Positions 44,398 to 54,481 of a DNA stretch of 64,000 nt are shown piece after piece. The notes below the pieces were generated by a model. It was not told the origin of the DNA and ran no database searches. It saw only the letters and a list, made by a program, of their open reading frames with translations. The first letter of the stretch is position 1. Every line of letters begins with the position of its first letter. The position numbers and the translations under genes were made by a program. This DNA is from Nitrososphaerota archaeon (GTDB taxonomy: Archaea > Thermoproteota > Nitrososphaeria_A > Caldarchaeales > Caldarchaeaceae). The stretch covers positions 224,001 to 288,000 of the forward strand of contig JBEPYN010000001.1 in assembly GCA_041641305.1 (NCBI GenBank). Reading direction: 5' to 3'.

Positions 44398-46866
44398 TTA
44401 AACCTTGCCCTCAACCCTGTAAAGCCTCTCAGCTAGCCGCCTGTTTTCCTCACGTATCTTCTCAAGCTCCTCCCGCAGCGACTTGTATTCAACACCTTTC
44501 TCGAGATGGTCTCTGATCTTCTTGGCAACCTCCCTTGCGCTCCTCCGCACCCTTTCATTCAAATCCTTCTCAGCCATTTTGTCAAGCATCGGCAGAAGCC
44601 TCGGGTCCATCATCTCCCGAGCCGCGGCGACAACCGCATGGCGAACCCGTTCGTTACTGTCCTCTGACAACCTCTCGAGCAAAGTGTATGTTTCGCGTTT
44701 CTCCGGGAACTTTGCGAGAGCGACGGCTGCCGACACGCGTACGGGTGTCGGGTAGCTTTTCTCAACTCTCTTCACCACATGTTCATAGGCTTTTTCGAGA
44801 CCTGTTTCAGCCAATCCCTGAACTGCGCCAGACGAGATAACATGGGCGTGAGAGGGGTAGTCAAGGGCCTTGACAAGGACAGGGACCGCTTCCTCCAGTT
44901 TCAACCTTCCAAGCGAGATCGCGGCAGCCTGCCGAACATAATATGACTCGCCCGTGTCTTCAACCACCTTTGCCAACATCTTCATCACTTCGGTGTCTTT
45001 TTCGAAGGAGCCTAGGGCCTCGACTATTCCACGCCTGATTTTGGGATGCGTTACTTTGTCGAGTACCTGAAGTAGAGCGGCCTTCGCTTCCTCGGACTTT
45101 ATTTCGCCGAGGGCCTTCGCGGCGCTGTAAGACACTCCCCAGAACGGGTCACCCAAGACAAGCCTCTCCAGCACCTCTACGACTCTACGGCCGCCATGTT
45201 TAACCAGCGAGTCAATCATCTCTATTCTGCAGACAACGCTTCCACATTTCTCAACCATGGCGAGGGCCTCTTCGAGGGGTCTCTCGACGTCGAGGACTCG
45301 GAGAATCTTTAGCTCTGGATCGACGCAGACATGTTTCGGCTTATTTTTCATAGGTATGTAAAGCGTTGTTTCACGCTCTTCGAGAGATATCTTTCTCTCT
45401 ACCCTCTCTTCATCGACATGGATTACTACATCCAGAGTCAGTCCATAGGTTTCAGGTGAATCATCTCCCTGAACCTGCTTAAAACCAATTTTGAATAGGC
45501 TGGTTTCCGGGTCCCATCGGTAGCTAATTTTGACTACTGGATGCCCGGCAGAGTAGACGAGCTGTTCAAACACCTTCTCCAGCATCATTCCCGATGATTC
45601 TTCGAGGGCTTTCCTCAAATCCTCTGTGTCGGCGTTAGAGTATTGGTGGCGGGTGAGAAACAGGTTCAGGGCTTTGCGGAAGCTTTCCTCGCCCACGATG
45701 TTTTTGATTGTGTGTAGTATGAGGCCGCCTTTTGGATAGGCGTGTCTGTCGAAAAGCTCCTCTGGATATTTGTAGACCCGGTAGACTACGGGACGTGAGT
45801 ATCGGCGTTTGTATTCGTCGAGGTAGGATTGGAGGTCGTTGTAGAGCTCGTAGAGGAATTCGTCGTGTCCTTTGTCGTGCTGTAGGTAGAGGTTTTCGAG
45901 ATATGTTGCGAATGATTCGTTGAGCCAGATGTGTGACCAGTCTCGGCAGGTTACGAGGTCTCCGAACCACTGGTGTGCGGCCTCGTGGGCTACGAGAGGG
46001 TCGCTGCTGAAATCCATGTGAGCGTGGTCGTCGTGTAGGGTGAGGTCTGTCAAGGTTGTGGCTGTTGTGTTCTCCATGCCTCCGACAACGAACTCGGGAA
46101 CACAGACCTGTCGATACACCTTAAATGGATAGGGATAATTTAGATAGCTGCTGAAAAACTTGATGATGTCCGCTGTTTTGCTGAAGGAGTTTTTAACCAG
46201 TTTTCCAAGGGTTTTCGGCACATAGTATTCAAGACGTATGCCGTCGACAGCTTCTTCTTCCTTGTCGAAGACTCCTGCTACGAAGCTAATGAGGTAGGCT
46301 GGGTGAGGCTTGTCCATGAGCCAGTGGAAGGTGGATGTGCCGTCTCCGTTGTCCCTCCTGTTCAAAAGCTCACCGTTGGAGACGACTTCAAGCGGCTGCG
46401 GAACCGTAACCAAAAGCCCTGTCGAGAACTTCATGTTGGGATAATCGTACACCGGCATCCAGTTTCTGTGGTACTCGGGCTCGCCGTGGCTCCAGACGAA
46501 AGGAAAACCATAACCTTTCTCCTTCTCCACGAAATGGACACCAGTCCGCGGCCAAGCCCGGTACCTGATCCCGACAGTTTTTTCACCCGGTTCCTCGAAA
46601 CGCAGAGTCAAGACCTTGCCGTCATAGTCGCTTGTTTTCACTCCGGAAACTTCAAGAATCTGGAGATCGACGCCGTCAAGCTCAACTACAGGGCTGTTCG
46701 TCTTTAACCTGAGCTCCGCGTAGCCGTCCACCCTTCTATCCTCCACGTCGACTTTAATGTCTAGACGGTAATGTGTTATCTTGAAGCTGGGTTGACGAGG
46801 ATATCTTGGCCTGTAATCTGGGAAAGCGAAGTCTCTTCCAGCCTTGAGATATGGCTGTGTCGCCAT
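44398..46866 (-). CDS. pepN: M1-family aminopeptidase with C-terminal HEAT-like repeats and coiled-coil tail
   Basis: GGMEN, HEAAH-x18-E (WLNES), YPKG; repeated VR..AA.ALG units. Confidence 0.92.
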   Translation of the reverse strand: MATQPYLKAGRDFAFPDYRPRYPRQPSFKITHYRLDIKVDVEDRRVDGYAELRLKTNSPVVELDGVDLQILEVSGVKTSDYDGKVLTLRFEEPGEKTVGIRYRAWPRTGVHFVEKEKGYGFPFVWSHGEPEYHRNWMPVYDYPNMKFSTGLLVTVPQPLEVVSNGELLNRRDNGDGTSTFHWLMDKPHPAYLISFVAGVFDKEEEAVDGIRLEYYVPKTLGKLVKNSFSKTADIIKFFSSYLNYPYPFKVYRQVCVPEFVVGGMENTTATTLTDLTLHDDHAHMDFSSDPLVAHEAAHQWFGDLVTCRDWSHIWLNESFATYLENLYLQHDKGHDEFLYELYNDLQSYLDEYKRRYSRPVVYRVYKYPEELFDRHAYPKGGLILHTIKNIVGEESFRKALNLFLTRHQYSNADTEDLRKALEESSGMMLEKVFEQLVYSAGHPVVKISYRWDPETSLFKIGFKQVQGDDSPETYGLTLDVVIHVDEERVERKISLEERETTLYIPMKNKPKHVCVDPELKILRVLDVERPLEEALAMVEKCGSVVCRIEMIDSLVKHGGRRVVEVLERLVLGDPFWGVSYSAAKALGEIKSEEAKAALLQVLDKVTHPKIRRGIVEALGSFEKDTEVMKMLAKVVEDTGESYYVRQAAAISLGRLKLEEAVPVLVKALDYPSHAHVISSGAVQGLAETGLEKAYEHVVKRVEKSYPTPVRVSAAVALAKFPEKRETYTLLERLSEDSNERVRHAVVAAAREMMDPRLLPMLDKMAEKDLNERVRRSAREVAKKIRDHLEKGVEYKSLREELEKIREENRRLAERLYRVEGKV

Positions 46867-46925
46867 GGGGAGAATGGCGTGGATTGTTGGTAAAAAATTT
46901 TAGCGACCAAGGACACGCGGGCTAC

Positions 46926-47135
46926 GTGGAGCTTGACAGATTGGTGGAAGCGGTTAGAAGCTATCTTGAGAGGAAGTATGGTGAGGTGGAGGTCGAGGTT
47001 GTCCGAACCTATGATAGGGGAGAGGTGTATGAGGTTGCTGGTGTATTTAGGAGAAAGGGGGAGAGGATGTTTAGGCGGTTTACCTTTTTAATCAACTCCA
47101 AAACATATTCTGTTGAGGCGTTTGGTCTCAGGTAA
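46926..47135 (+). CDS. Small hypothetical protein (helix plus beta strands)
   Basis: Open frame; GTG 46926 chosen because the ORF-track start overlaps the pepN start. Confidence 0.55.
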   Translation: MELDRLVEAVRSYLERKYGEVEVEVVRTYDRGEVYEVAGVFRRKGERMFRRFTFLINSKTYSVEAFGLR

Positions 47136-47415
47136 CGAGGATTTCGAGGCTGCGTTGATGGACAAGGTGGAGAAGCTCTATTCACTCGTAAACAGGATAC
47201 GGTTTTACCGCGACCTCAAAATGGACAGCGAGGTATCATCCCTCGCATCGGAGATGGAAAAGCTACGAAGCTCTCTCATGCTTTCAGAGGATGAGGTGGA
47301 GAAGCTTGCTGACGAGCTTGACGAATACTATATCTCAGGGGCCTCCCCCCATGGTGATACTGACCCGCTAACCTATTGGACACTCTACGTCAAGGACAAA
47401 CTCTCTAAAAAGTGA
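47113..47415 (+). CDS. Hypothetical helical protein
   Basis: Fills the gap before the convergent dehydrogenase. Start may be ATG 47158. Confidence 0.6.
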   Translation: MRRLVSGNEDFEAALMDKVEKLYSLVNRIRFYRDLKMDSEVSSLASEMEKLRSSLMLSEDEVEKLADELDEYYISGASPHGDTDPLTYWTLYVKDKLSKK

Positions 47416-48529
47416 CACGAAGTATTCTATCGTCGGCTGCGGTGGGAGAGCCTCTTCCGTCTCGGTTGCTTGTCAGAATGTAGAGGTTGCCGTCGGGTCC
47501 TTCAACGACGTCCCGTAGCCTACCGAACTCGCCGTCGAAGAGCTTCTCGGATAAAATTACTCTGTATCCGTCTTCGTCGAAGACGAGCCTATGTAAATGC
47601 CTGCCACGCAGGGCCGCGAAGAAAAACGAGTTGCGATATTCCTGATTCCCACGGCCTGTGTAGAAGCAGCATCCCGAGGGCGCCCATGTCTCTAACCCGC
47701 TGTGTATCACTGGTTTGATGAACTTTTCATCTCCAGCGTCGCCGATGACGATGGGCCATCCATAGTTGGCTCCGGTCTCAACCAGGTTTACCTCGTCGTG
47801 GGCTATTCTAAGACCTTCGCCGCTGGGGCCGTGGTCTGTGCAATAGAGCTTCCGAGTATCTGGATGCCATGCGATGCCCTGCGGGTTTCTCAAGCCCAGC
47901 GCGTAAACTGCTGTTTTGAAGGGGTTGTCTTGAGGAATTCCGCCCTCAGGTGTTAGTCGGAGAATTTTTCCGCCCAGTGAACTCGGGTTCTGTGAAAGCT
48001 CGGGCACACCTCCTTCGCCCGTCGTGATGTAGAGCATGTTGTCGGGCCCTATCTTTAATCGTCCACCGTTGTGAACGGTTCCACCAGGAATACCTGAGAT
48101 TATATCAACTGGGTCCTGCAGTCCACCGCTGTATATGGTTTTGATGACTTTGTTGTAGATTTTTCCGTTTTCTCTGTAGCTATGGTAAAGGTATACATGT
48201 GTTTTTCCACCGGTGTATAGTGTCTCTATTCCGAGGAGACCGCCTTCGCCTACCGCCGCCACCTCTAGTCGCCCAATCTCCTCAACCCTGCCTGAACATA
48301 AGGTGAGAAGCTTGACTGCACCGTTTCTCTCGGTTAACAAGGCCTCATCACCTGAGATGAACGCAATAGACCATGGCACAGACAACTGTTTAGCAACGAC
48401 CTCTACGCCTGAAGACGGCTTCTCCCATATTCTGGTGAATAAAGCGGCCAACGCCGCAGCCCCCAAAGCCGCAGCCGAGCCAAGTAGGGTAAGAAAAATC
48501 CGTCTCCTCACAGCCAAACCCATACACAA
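47405..48529 (-). CDS. PQQ-dependent aldose sugar dehydrogenase (Asd/YliI), Tat-like signal
   Basis: RRRIFL plus hydrophobic stretch; GEGGLLG, HNGGR, GLRNPQG, NYGWP, GRLRDV. Confidence 0.9.
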   Translation of the reverse strand: MCMGLAVRRRIFLTLLGSAAALGAAALAALFTRIWEKPSSGVEVVAKQLSVPWSIAFISGDEALLTERNGAVKLLTLCSGRVEEIGRLEVAAVGEGGLLGIETLYTGGKTHVYLYHSYRENGKIYNKVIKTIYSGGLQDPVDIISGIPGGTVHNGGRLKIGPDNMLYITTGEGGVPELSQNPSSLGGKILRLTPEGGIPQDNPFKTAVYALGLRNPQGIAWHPDTRKLYCTDHGPSGEGLRIAHDEVNLVETGANYGWPIVIGDAGDEKFIKPVIHSGLETWAPSGCCFYTGRGNQEYRNSFFFAALRGRHLHRLVFDEDGYRVILSEKLFDGEFGRLRDVVEGPDGNLYILTSNRDGRGSPTAADDRILRVTF

Positions 48530-48559
48530 TACTGTTGTTAAACCTTATCCAAATTAAAG

Positions 48560-48633
48560 TGGACCGGCTGGGATTTGAACCCAGGACCTCCCGCACGCCA
48601 AGCGGGCGATCTTCCAGACTGATCTACCGGCCC
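48560..48633 (-). tRNA. tRNA-Ala(GGC), intronless, CCA not encoded
   Basis: Acceptor GGGCCGG/CCGGTCC with G3:U70, D stem GATC/GATC, anticodon arm CCCGC-TTGGCGT-GCGGG, T arm CTGGG-TTCAAAT-CCCAG. Confidence 0.96.
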
Positions 48634-48656
48634 GACGAGTATGTTTCTAAATGTTT

Positions 48657-48671
48657 CTATAAAGTTTTTTG
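48657..48671 (-). promoter_or_regulatory. BRE/TATA promoter of tRNA-Ala
   Basis: Minus strand CAAAAAACTTTATAG about 25-35 nt upstream of the tRNA. Confidence 0.6.
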
Positions 48672-48702
48672 TTGAAACATTTTTATCCTTTTGATTTGAG
48701 GA

Positions 48703-49929
48703 ATGGTTGTGAGCGTTGTTGATTTTCTGACTATCGATGATTTTGATGTTTCGGGGAAAACCGTTTTTGTGCGCGCCGACCTCAACACGCCTATAGACCC
48801 TGAAACCGGGCGTCTACTCGAGCTGCATCGTATAAAAGAGTCGTCGTTCACGGTTAGGCATTTGAATGGCGCTAGGATTGTTCTCGGCTCTCATCAGGGC
48901 AGAGTGGGTAGATATGATTATGTCTCGCTCAGCATGCATGCTGAGGCGCTTTCCGAGGTTTTGGGCAAGCCGGTGAAGTTTGTCGAAGATGTTTTCGGTG
49001 AAGCGTCGCGGGCCGCTATACGGAGCCTCAACCCCGGCGAAGTTCTTCTTCTCGAAAACCTACGGTTTGCCGCTGAAGAGAATTATGAGTATAGCCCGCA
49101 GGATGCTGCGAAGACGCACATCGTAAGGAAGCTTGCGCCGCTCTTTGACTTATGTGTGTTGGATGCCTTTCCCACCGCTCACCGAGCTCATCCATCCATC
49201 GTCGGATTTGCAGAGGTTTTGCCCACATGTGCAGGATATCTTGTGGCACGGGAGCTAAAATCGCTTAACCGCGTCATGATGACCTCCAAAGCACCCTACA
49301 CAGCTGTTCTCGGCGGCTCAAAGGTCTCAGACAGGCTTGAAGCAATAACAGCACTGATACAGAACGGCCGAGCAGACAATGTACTGTTAACAGGGTTGAT
49401 AGGTCTTGTTTTCCTTAGGGCAGCCGGTGTTTTGAAGAAGCCACTGCCATCTGAGATTGAAAAACATGTTCCAAAAGCTCAGTCTATTTTGTTAGAATAT
49501 CGTGGAAAGTTTAGCCTGCCCGAGGACGTGGCAGTTGAAAAAGACGGCGAACGTGTGGAGATACCTGTCTCAGAGATAGAGGACCCTGTGAACGTGCTTG
49601 ACATCGGCGAGCAAACAATAAGGAAATACTCTAGGATAATCAAAAGCTCTGGTACTATTTTCATCAGCGGTCCTCCGGGCATGTTTGAGAAGAAGGGCTT
49701 TGAGAAGGGTACTGATGAGCTTTTGCTGGCGACAGCCGGCTCCCTTGGTACATCGATAGTCAGTGGAGGGCATCTTTCCGCGGCTTTGGAGCGGCTTGGG
49801 GTAAAGGATTGGGTGGACCATGTCAGCACGGCAGGCGGGGCCTTGGTTATGTTTTTAGCTGGGCAGCGTCTCCCGCTCATAGAGGCTTTGACACGGAGCG
49901 CGAGAAAGTATAGAGGTGGTTCGGCGTGA
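48703..49929 (+). CDS. pgk: Phosphoglycerate kinase
   Basis: RADLNTP, SHQGR, LLENLRF, DAF..AHR, LGGSK, STAGGA. Confidence 0.95.
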   Translation: MVVSVVDFLTIDDFDVSGKTVFVRADLNTPIDPETGRLLELHRIKESSFTVRHLNGARIVLGSHQGRVGRYDYVSLSMHAEALSEVLGKPVKFVEDVFGEASRAAIRSLNPGEVLLLENLRFAAEENYEYSPQDAAKTHIVRKLAPLFDLCVLDAFPTAHRAHPSIVGFAEVLPTCAGYLVARELKSLNRVMMTSKAPYTAVLGGSKVSDRLEAITALIQNGRADNVLLTGLIGLVFLRAAGVLKKPLPSEIEKHVPKAQSILLEYRGKFSLPEDVAVEKDGERVEIPVSEIEDPVNVLDIGEQTIRKYSRIIKSSGTIFISGPPGMFEKKGFEKGTDELLLATAGSLGTSIVSGGHLSAALERLGVKDWVDHVSTAGGALVMFLAGQRLPLIEALTRSARKYRGGSA

Positions 49930-50936
49930 TAACTGTGGGGATAAACGGTTACGGAACCATCGGCCGAAGAGTTGCTGACGCGGTCATGAAGCAGAGTGAC
50001 ATGAAGCTTGTGGGAGTGGTGAAGAACACACCGGATTACAAGGCGCGTCTGGCGGCCTCAAGGAATATTCCGATATACTGTGTAGATGAGGCGGGTGTCT
50101 CCAAGTTCAGGAAGGCTGGGTTCGATGTTTCGGGTGTTTTGGACGACCTGCTTAAGGAGGTGGACGTGATTGTTGACTGCACCCCCGGCGACGTGGGTAA
50201 AAACTATCGTGAGAAATATCTCGGAGCGGGTGTGAAGGCGGTTTTTCAGGGTGGAGAGGATGCGGATGTGGCTGAGACGAGTTTTGTTGCTCAGTGCAAC
50301 TATGAGAAAGCGATTGGACGAAAAAGTGTTAGAGTTGTTTCCTGTAACACGACTGGCTTATGTAGGGTTTTGAATGCTTTCGACACCTCTTTTGGCGTGG
50401 AGAAGGCCCGTGTAGTTATAGCGAGAAGGGCTGTGGACCCCGAGGAAACATCTAAAGGTGTAATTGATGCAGTTGTTCTTGACCCTGTCGAGATACCTTC
50501 CCACCATGCTGAAGACGTAAACACGGTTCTTCCACATATCGACATCGTGACTATGGCGCTCAAAGTCCCCACAACACATATGCATCTCCACAGCCTAATC
50601 CTATCTCTCCGCCAAAAACCTACGAGGGAAAAAGTGTTGAACACTCTTGCCGAGACTACACGGGTTAAGCTTTTCTGGAAATCCGACGGCTTCAAAGGAA
50701 CCGCTAACCTGTACGAATACGGCCGCGAACTCGGCAGACCTCGTGGAGACCTATACGAAGCATGCATAATCGGAGACTCTGTAACCGTCAAGGATAACGA
50801 GGTCTTTCTCTACCTAGGTGTTCATCAAGAAGCGATAGTCGTTCCCGAAAACATAGACGCCATTAGGGCCCTAGCCGGAGAAGCGTCAGCCGAGCAGAGC
50901 ATAAAAACCACCAACCAGTCACTCGGAATAGTTTGA
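49926..50936 (+). CDS. gap: Archaeal phosphorylating GAPDH (class II)
   Basis: NGYGTIGRRVADA, FQGGE, VVSCNTT, PSHH, HQEAIVVPEN.DAIRA. Confidence 0.96.
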   Translation: MITVGINGYGTIGRRVADAVMKQSDMKLVGVVKNTPDYKARLAASRNIPIYCVDEAGVSKFRKAGFDVSGVLDDLLKEVDVIVDCTPGDVGKNYREKYLGAGVKAVFQGGEDADVAETSFVAQCNYEKAIGRKSVRVVSCNTTGLCRVLNAFDTSFGVEKARVVIARRAVDPEETSKGVIDAVVLDPVEIPSHHAEDVNTVLPHIDIVTMALKVPTTHMHLHSLILSLRQKPTREKVLNTLAETTRVKLFWKSDGFKGTANLYEYGRELGRPRGDLYEACIIGDSVTVKDNEVFLYLGVHQEAIVVPENIDAIRALAGEASAEQSIKTTNQSLGIV

Positions 50937-51553
50937 AAGCGGTTTTCCTCGACATCGACGGCACACTCTACAGGAACAGCGACTATGAGCAGCATCTGTT
51001 AACCTCGGCGGTGTACGTGATAGCGGAATGCCTTGGATTGGACAGGGCGGAGGCTTTCAAAAAACTCTACGAGACAAAAAAGGTTTACAAAACCGTGAGC
51101 AAATCTGTAGAAGTTCTTGGAATAGACCGGCACAAATTCTACTCTCTGCTCGCGGAGAAGGTTCAGCCATGCAGATATCTCTCACCTGACCCATTGCTGA
51201 AGCAGTTCTTCGCCGCAGTGAAAGGCAGGAGGCTTTTCGTCGGGCTGCACACGAATTCGGGGAAAATGCTTGCGTTGAAGGTTCTCGACTGCTTGGGTGT
51301 TGATGATGGATGTTATGATGTTCTTGTAACGAGTGATGACGCGGAGCCTAAACCGAGTATCGAGGGGTTTCGTCTACTGTTGTCGATGGCTGATGTTTCT
51401 CCCGAGGATGCTCTATACGTTGGGGACAGGTGTGAGGTGGAGCTGGAGCCTGCGAAGAGGATTGGTATGAGGACCGCTGCCATACATATCAGCGGCTGCC
51501 CCTACGCAGACATCCACCTCAACAGCTTGCAAGACCTGCTACACATCATTTGA
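50933..51553 (+). CDS. HAD-IA hydrolase
   Basis: DIDGT, TNS, KP, VGDR...E. Confidence 0.85.
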   Translation: MKAVFLDIDGTLYRNSDYEQHLLTSAVYVIAECLGLDRAEAFKKLYETKKVYKTVSKSVEVLGIDRHKFYSLLAEKVQPCRYLSPDPLLKQFFAAVKGRRLFVGLHTNSGKMLALKVLDCLGVDDGCYDVLVTSDDAEPKPSIEGFRLLLSMADVSPEDALYVGDRCEVELEPAKRIGMRTAAIHISGCPYADIHLNSLQDLLHII

Positions 51554-52253
51554 TGCCGAGGTAAAGCTTCCCCAGCTCCTCGTGGGTAAGCAAAGCGTTG
51601 GCATCTCCCTGGTAGACGGTTTTCCCGCTCACTAGGAGGATGGCCTTGTCCCCTATCTCGAGAGCTTTTTTCGCGTTCTGTTCTGCGAGGAGAATCGTTT
51701 TCCCATAGCTGTCTCGGAGATCCTTTATTATGTTGAATATGGTGATGGCCATTTTTGGTGAGAGGTTCCCGGTCGGCTCGTCGAAGAGCATGATCTTGGG
51801 TTTTCTGAGAAGCGACATGGCTATGGCCAGCATCTGTCTCTCTCCCCCGCTCATCAAAGCAGCTTTCTTGTTGCGGTAGGTTCTCAGATGCGGAAACATC
51901 TCCATGACATCGTCTATAGCTGACTCATCGAGGTCTAGTCCATGTGTTGCGATTAGTAGGTTTTCGTAGACTGTTAGGTTGCTGAATATATTATCCACCT
52001 GTGGAACGTATGATATGCCGTGGTATGCGATTTCATGGGGCTGGAGACCCGTGATATCCACTCCGTTGAGCAGTATTTTGCCCGAGTAGATTTTTGTGAG
52101 TCCGAAAATTGTTTTGAGGAGTGTGCTTTTGCCGCTTCCGTTTGGGCCCACGACCACGGTGAGATGCTTCTCAGTCACCGTCACAGAAACGTCGAACAAT
52201 ACTTGAAGCTGTCTGTACCCGGCTCCGAGGCCCTCCGTCCGCAGCATCTTCAC
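51546..52253 (-). CDS. livF: Branched-chain amino acid ABC ATPase
   Basis: GPNGSGKS, MSGGERQMLA, DEP, EQNA. Confidence 0.92.
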   Translation of the reverse strand: MKMLRTEGLGAGYRQLQVLFDVSVTVTEKHLTVVVGPNGSGKSTLLKTIFGLTKIYSGKILLNGVDITGLQPHEIAYHGISYVPQVDNIFSNLTVYENLLIATHGLDLDESAIDDVMEMFPHLRTYRNKKAALMSGGERQMLAIAMSLLRKPKIMLFDEPTGNLSPKMAITIFNIIKDLRDSYGKTILLAEQNAKKALEIGDKAILLVSGKTVYQGDANALLTHEELGKLYLGIK

Positions 52254-53011
52254 CCACCCAAGTAGCTCTCAACAACCATGCTGTTTGTCAAAACTTCCTG
52301 AGGCTCTCCCTCGGCGATGACTTTGCCCAAGTGCATGGCGTAGACGTGGTCCACGTACGGTATTGCTATGTCGAGCCTGTGTTCGACGATCAGAAGCGTT
52401 ATGCCGAGGCTTTTGCAGACGTTTCTTAGATGGGTGAAGACTTCATGTGCGAGCACTGGGTTGAGGCCGGCTGCGGGCTCATCCATCAGTATCATCTTGG
52501 CCCCGCTCATCAACGCTCTCCCTGTTTCGAGAAGCTTCATCTGGCCTCCGCTTAGCTCGCTTGCCCTGTGGTCCCAGAGATGGTCAAGCCTAAGCAGCCG
52601 CAGTATATCAAAAGCTTTCTGAGCCAGCTCCACCTCCGTATTTATCCAACGTGACCTGAGCAGCGCTGTCAGCAATCCATCTCCTTTCTTGCTCTTCGCT
52701 GAGACGAGAAGATTTTCAAGCACAGTCATGGAGTAGAAGGGCTGCGGTATCTGCCATGTTCGTACTAGGCCAAGTTTGTAGATGCTGTGCGGTTTTTGGC
52801 CTGTGATGTCTTTGCCTTCGAATACTATGCGGCCCGCCTCGGGTTTGTAGACACCTGTTACTGTGTTGATGAGGGTTGTTTTCCCGCTTCCGTTGGGCCC
52901 GATTAACAGAGAAATAGAGCCTTTCCTAACCTTTAGAGAAGCTCCGTTAAGAGCATACAGTCCCCCGAAGCTTTTGTAAACATCCCGCACATCCAAGATA
53001 ATATTTTCCAT
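52250..53011 (-). CDS. livG: Branched-chain amino acid ABC ATPase
   Basis: GPNGSGKTT, RTWQ, LSGGQ, DEPAAG, VEH. Confidence 0.92.
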   Translation of the reverse strand: MENIILDVRDVYKSFGGLYALNGASLKVRKGSISLLIGPNGSGKTTLINTVTGVYKPEAGRIVFEGKDITGQKPHSIYKLGLVRTWQIPQPFYSMTVLENLLVSAKSKKGDGLLTALLRSRWINTEVELAQKAFDILRLLRLDHLWDHRASELSGGQMKLLETGRALMSGAKMILMDEPAAGLNPVLAHEVFTHLRNVCKSLGITLLIVEHRLDIAIPYVDHVYAMHLGKVIAEGEPQEVLTNSMVVESYLGG

Positions 53012-53044
53012 GACTAAAAAAGGTGTGGGAAATATATAAGAGGT

Positions 53045-54376
53045 TTATGGGGTGAAGCCCTCGGCCCACTCGAAGTTTCCTGTCGTGTAGACGTACCGTC
53101 CGGCCTCAACCCATCTCGGCTGTCCTCCGACGGTTTTGACGACCCATAGTATGTAGTCGGAGTATGGGAGGTCTCCGGCGTCGTCGAGTTTGAGGCTGAG
53201 GAACTCAGAAGCGATTGTGGGCAAAACCGCTCTCACGGCCTCTGCGTCATATTTCTGGGTAGCCATAAGCGCTAATGCGTAAGCCCACACAGCGCTGTAT
53301 GCCGCGTAGGAGTAGGCGTCGGGCGGTGATCTGCCGAGAACTCGGAGAACCTCTGCGTCGACGCGGGCCTTTCTATCGGGAGTGGTTGCGAAGAAAAGCG
53401 GGTTAATCCACTTCACCTCTTCGGCGAAGCCTGCGGCGGCCGGGTCCTGGAAAATGGCTGCAGTCACAGCGGTTCCGTCGCTTCCAAACCATCTGATACG
53501 CTTAAGGTTCGGGTAGTCGTTGGCGGCTGAGAGGAATGCGACAACCTCGTCAAAGCCGACGATTTCGACCATGATTTTCTCGGGTGATACTCCCTGGCCG
53601 ATGAGTTCTGTTACCTTGGCGTTGAGCTGAGAGACCTCGGCCGAGAACTCGGTTTTGTCAGGAGCGTATCTGAGCTCGAAGACAAGGTTTAGTCCGAGTT
53701 TGTTTGCCTCATTTGTGGAAACTGTGTGCAAGCCATCCCCCCATGCATCACCTCTCCACACATAGAGGAAGTGTGTGACACCAAGTAGCTTGGCAAGCCT
53801 CGGCCCTATTGGGCCCTGTATGTCGTCTGCTGTCGTGAACCTGAAGACAAAGTCGTTGGGTATCTTGAGGTCAGGAGCTGTGGAGGACTGAGAGATTATC
53901 AAGATTTTGTTTGCGTCAACGTAGCTCTTTATCTGCCTAATCTCCGCGGATGTCATGGGGCCAACAATTAGCTTAACGCCTCTGGCGTTGAGGCTTCTAA
54001 CCTTTTCCTCCGCGTTTGCTGGGTTGCAGGCCGTGTCTTCATGAATCAGACGAATTCTGAACCCTGCGCCTGATCTCTGGAGGAAATCATTAACCTCTCT
54101 GGCGGCGAGGTCCATCGCGACACGCTCGTTCTCAGCATAGGAAGAGAGTACAGCGCTTAGACAAAGCAAAGTACCGATGGTGACCTCGCCTGTTAAACCC
54201 GCAGCAGCCGTAACAGTCGCGGTGGTGGCCACTGTTCTGGTCAGGGTAATGGTCTGGGCTGGTGATAATACTGGTCCGAGACCGATGCCGCCTATCAACA
54301 GACCGACAACAAGTGCAACAACAGCAGCGGCGCCTGCCACAGAAGACGAAACCCCGGCTGAGCTTTTCCTCTTCAT
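53045..54376 (-). CDS. livK: HAAT-family substrate-binding protein, N-terminal anchor and Thr-rich linker
   Basis: TM helix, TITLTRTVATTATVT, VGPMTS, SQSSTAP, VFR, DAWG. Confidence 0.87.
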   Translation of the reverse strand: MKRKSSAGVSSSVAGAAAVVALVVGLLIGGIGLGPVLSPAQTITLTRTVATTATVTAAAGLTGEVTIGTLLCLSAVLSSYAENERVAMDLAAREVNDFLQRSGAGFRIRLIHEDTACNPANAEEKVRSLNARGVKLIVGPMTSAEIRQIKSYVDANKILIISQSSTAPDLKIPNDFVFRFTTADDIQGPIGPRLAKLLGVTHFLYVWRGDAWGDGLHTVSTNEANKLGLNLVFELRYAPDKTEFSAEVSQLNAKVTELIGQGVSPEKIMVEIVGFDEVVAFLSAANDYPNLKRIRWFGSDGTAVTAAIFQDPAAAGFAEEVKWINPLFFATTPDRKARVDAEVLRVLGRSPPDAYSYAAYSAVWAYALALMATQKYDAEAVRAVLPTIASEFLSLKLDDAGDLPYSDYILWVVKTVGGQPRWVEAGRYVYTTGNFEWAEGFTP

Positions 54377-54481
54377 GAGCTTTACGGTGAGGCTAGGCCT
54401 TTATAAACGTTTTCAAAAATCCGTAATTAGACACTTTGCTATAAAAATTATTTTAACAGGGCTTTAGGAAAGAATGAGTAA

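Noticed and set aside
48500-48700. tRNA-Ala as an integration site
   Set aside because: No integrase, no duplicated tRNA 3' end seen, and the flanks are housekeeping genes.
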